Source: Oculina patagonica (lineage: Eukaryota). Taken from it: a DNA stretch of 64,000 nt. The position numbers were made by a program, and so were the translations under genes. Position 1 is the first letter of the stretch; every line of letters starts with the position of its first letter. Location: NCBI RefSeq assembly GCF_052425735.1, contig NC_135770.1, positions 21,576,001 to 21,640,000 of the forward strand, read 5' to 3'. Below, in pieces: positions 61,001 to 64,000 of this stretch. The notes below the pieces were generated by a model. It did not search any database. It saw only the letters and a list, made by a program, of their open reading frames with translations, and was not told where the DNA came from.

Positions 61001-64000
61001 AGCTAGTTGATGATTTTTTTGACGTTCTGTTTTGACTGTTGGCTGTCATGCTAAGTAGCGTCACAATAGCAGCGAAACATTGCAACTAACGAGACAAAGG
61101 TTCTACCAGTTGGGCCAATTTAAATCTAATGTGAAAACCGGAAACAAACGAATACCGATGATGTCTCTCAAGTAGCTCGAGTACAGTCATCAGCTTTCTT
61201 TCTCGCTGTCATTTCGCGACTTTCAAACAAAAGTTTAAAGCAATGTGGCTTTATTACTGATGTAGTGAAATAATTCGTTTTGTTACTATACTGTCTTACC
61301 ATCATAGTCCCATTTGAGCAGACCTCGTCCTTTCCCTGTGCCACTTAGTCCATACAAAGCAGACACCTGAAAATTAATATAGGATCTTTAAATAATATAG
61401 GATAAATTAAATTAATATAGGATCGTTTGCCTTTGCAAAGACATCTGCAAATGGTTTGATATTCTAGTCTTCTCGGATAAGAACGATAAACTGTAGGCCC
61501 CGTCTCCTGCATCTTCAGTGTCACGGTCAGCAGGGGACGTTAAAGAACCCACGCACTGATCGTAAAAAGAAGGGCATGGAGTTCCCGGTGTTGTGGTCTG
61601 GTCTTTGCCCATTGTGCTGTGTACTGTGGAATGCTCGGAGATATTAGCTGTATAAGCTACTCTACAAATCCGAGGGTAAACAAAAGTGATGTATGTCTCT
61701 TATCCCGCGATTTGAATAAAATCAGGCTTTACCCCTGCTAGGGAGTATTTAGCAGTCGGAAGAAGATTTCTTCCTAATGGATAGTTTTCTAAAAATTTTG
61801 TTTTGTTAGAGTCATTACTTTTTTCAGTTAAATTGCACATACCTCTTGGGTTTTTCCGTTTTGACCAGAGCCAAGGTTTTGCCACAAGTGCATCTTATTA
61901 AAGTCACTTCCTAACAAAATTTTGGCATAATAATAGGGGTTCAGTAATAAGTGAAAATGTCTGTTCTAAATATTGGATATTTCCATTAAAAGAAAGCAGG
62001 TCTACGTTCTACCCTCTACGTACCGACAGCAGGCCGTACAAATGAGCTTACAACTCCTGAAAGCGCAACATACGCGCTATGTTGTAAGTTTCCGATTAAA
62101 TTCAGTCGAAAGCAATGATGTGCTGGCTTTGCTCTTATCTTTGCCCGATGCTATGCTCTTTATTTGGCTCAGTTTCTCAATCAATCAATATTAGCAACGA
62201 GTTTTAGCTTATCACGAGACTTTCTTAAGGCGGGACCTTATTAGTTCATTAAGTTGGTTGTTTGAATTTTTATGATTCTCCAGAATGAATAAGTCAAGTT
62301 TCTCGTTATAATCTTCCTCAGCTCATCCGACTATACTGCACTGTATTTTAAATAAACTATCAACACTTGAAATAGAAACATTGCACCATTTTGCTCATAG
62401 AAACAGACGTACCACTGCTTGAGATGAAATCCACAAATTCATTGTTGTCAAAGTCCATTAATGCTGCTCCCCATGCCAAACCTCCATTTTCCACACCAGC
62501 CTAGCACACAAGACCAACCAACAGCAAGATAAATGGTGGTGGTAGTGGTGTAAAGTATTATAGTAAGGACATCATCTTCATTGAAATGGAAATGGAAAAT
62601 GAAGGGAATTCTGGAGACAAAACTTGTCGAAATCATTGTTCAGTGCACTGTATGAAAGGCCCAGCTCCTTATAGACTTTCAAACAACACGGGGTTTAACC
62701 CTGTCGAACTCAGCAGATAATCCATACGTTCTCGAGTAAAAAAAAAATCAGTATTAATCAAACACAAAACTCTCCCACCAAGATTTACAGATAACGCAAG
62801 GAATATTTTGATACAGTTTTGATGGTGATCTTCGTTTAAAATGACGGTGATCTTGAGTGGCGATCTTGGGTTAAAATTAATACCAAATCTTAGGTGCCCA
62901 TCCTAGTACCTAGAAATCAAAAATTAGTTTTATTTTATCTTAGAATATCAAAAGAAAAACTCAGCTTAAAGAAGAAACATAAAGTACAGTTATATCACCT
63001 GGTCTGTGGCTTCTTCAAACTGTTTTCCTCCTCGATTACGGAATAACACGTTTCCACTATCAACATACATGCAGCCAGACATTGAACATTCACTACGGTT
63101 CTGCCACATGGCGGTAGAAAACCAGTCGAGGTAGCCATCATTGTCCCAGTCTCCTATTGCATGGCCCTTGGCGTTCTGAAACGAATAGGTAACCCTTGTT
63201 GAATGGTGTAAGCACTTGTATACAATTAAGAGTCGATAAAATTTTTGAAACAGTAAAGGCCATTTTGGTACTTTCTTTCTTCTGCAGACGTGTGCCAAAT
63301 GTCATATCCCTTATGCAGAATAGCGTCCTACACAGTTTCTGTGATGTAACTTATTAACAGCAAAGTTTCTACTTATGGCAGTTAAACGCTATAACTAAAA
63401 CCAAAACAATTTTAATGGCCAGTCATAACGAAACCAATGACAATACAAACCAAATACACAGCCGAAACCAAGTAAAAGAAAACGCGTGAGACCAAACCCC
63501 GATTGGTTTGGTGTTGCATCCAATTGGCTGAATTGGCTGTGTAGATGGCTCGACATTTTTTAACTACAGCCAGAGCGAGGCAATGCAAAACCAAAGTAAT
63601 AGCAAATGGGCCAATTTCGATAATAAAAGTTCTAACTACACTCCGAGGCTCTTGGAAATAATTGAAAAGTTATCACATCGACGTTGAGGGATGAATAAAT
63701 GATTTCTTTTGTTTTATTACCCAATCCGTCGAAGCCAATTAGATAGGCCAATTTTGGGCCAATTTTCTCCCAAATTCAATTAAAAACGAATAAATCATTT
63801 CTTTTGTTTTATTCCCCAAAGCCTCAAAGCCAAGTTACAATCATGTCACTCTATTTTTTTGCAAGATCTACAACTTTTCACAAATTAAATCTCGCAGATG
63901 CTTTTAGGCTGGATTACACATTTTGTCGAGAATTTTTATTCGAGAAAAACAAGTCGTACCTGCTTTGCGCCCAGGCCACAGGACTGTGTACACTCCGTGA
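49825..64000 (-). CDS. CRTAC1/ASPIC-UnbV + haem peroxidase type I membrane fusion protein, paralog B (5' end beyond the right edge)
   Basis: Exons (high-low): >64000-63960, 63175-62999, 62500-62413, 61910-61843, 61366-61300, 60774-60666, 60541-60463, 59785-59610, 58515-58437, 57839-57595, 56924-56762, 56144-56088, 55849-55757, 55261-55191, 54224-54065, 53868-53698, 53371-53190, 52793-52610, 52319-52181, 51870-51720, 51461-51389, 50145-49825. One-to-one match with exons 6-27 of paralog A and the same phases. Motifs: [42 protein letters not shown]; [27 protein letters not shown]. Confidence 0.88.
50784..51367. mobile_element. PIF/Harbinger-like MITE with TTCCGGAA subrepeats
   Basis: TIR GGGCCTGTTTACATGATTCCGGAATGACTTTCATTCCGGAACG with its inverse at the right end; TA-containing 3-bp flanks. 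Confidence 0.8.
54479..54901. mobile_element. PIF/Harbinger-like MITE with TTGCAA subrepeats
   Basis: GGCCATGTTACACG...CGTGTGACATGGCC, flanked by TAA/TTA. Confidence 0.8.
59031..59446. mobile_element. PIF/Harbinger-like MITE with CAGCCCGGGCTG subrepeats
   Basis: GGGCCTGATTACATGG...CCATATAATCGGGCCC, flanked by TAA/TGA. Confidence 0.75.
60032..60075 (-). ncRNA. Second copy of the minimal hammerhead motif (C3-to-U core variant)
   Basis: Identical to 10238-10281 except TTGAAGA in place of CTGAAGA; intronic and sense to peroxidase gene B. Confidence 0.55.
61420..61690 (+). mobile_element. 5'-truncated copy of the 33.5-kb SINE
   Basis: Close match to about 33620-33880 (ACATCTGCAAATGGTT...AATCCGAGGGTAAACAAA). 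Confidence 0.85.

Overview
AT-rich, intron-containing animal DNA. The repeat and gene content look like a cnidarian, probably a stony coral (inference, not proven). Most of the supplied ORFs are exon fragments or noise, so I assembled genes by hand from GT-AG sites, exon phase and paralog comparison. (1) Two head-to-head (inverted) paralogs encode a secreted CILP-like protein with an N-terminal SPARC-type EF-hand (EC) domain. The plus-strand copy is complete (11630-20612, 11 exons, about 1049 aa); the minus-strand copy runs off the left edge. (2) An intronless SLC9A6/7/9-type Na+/H+ exchanger (7206-8966) sits in the unique spacer at the centre of that inverted duplication. (3) Two tandem minus-strand paralogs encode an unusual type I membrane protein: signal peptide, FG-GAP/VCBS propeller, ASPIC/UnbV (CRTAC1-like) domain, small Ig-like module, haem peroxidase, TM helix. 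Copy A is complete (23082-42403, 27 exons, about 1396 aa); copy B runs off the right edge. The two copies differ at a haem ester-link position. (4) The introns and spacers hold many MITEs, tRNA-derived SINEs, a 3.4-kb TTAA-flanked DNA transposon with a decayed ORF, a LINE 3' end, three minimal hammerhead-ribozyme motifs, microsatellites and one assembly gap. The best candidate for an undescribed system is the CRTAC1/ASPIC-peroxidase membrane fusion, next to the SPARC-CILP/NHE palindrome.
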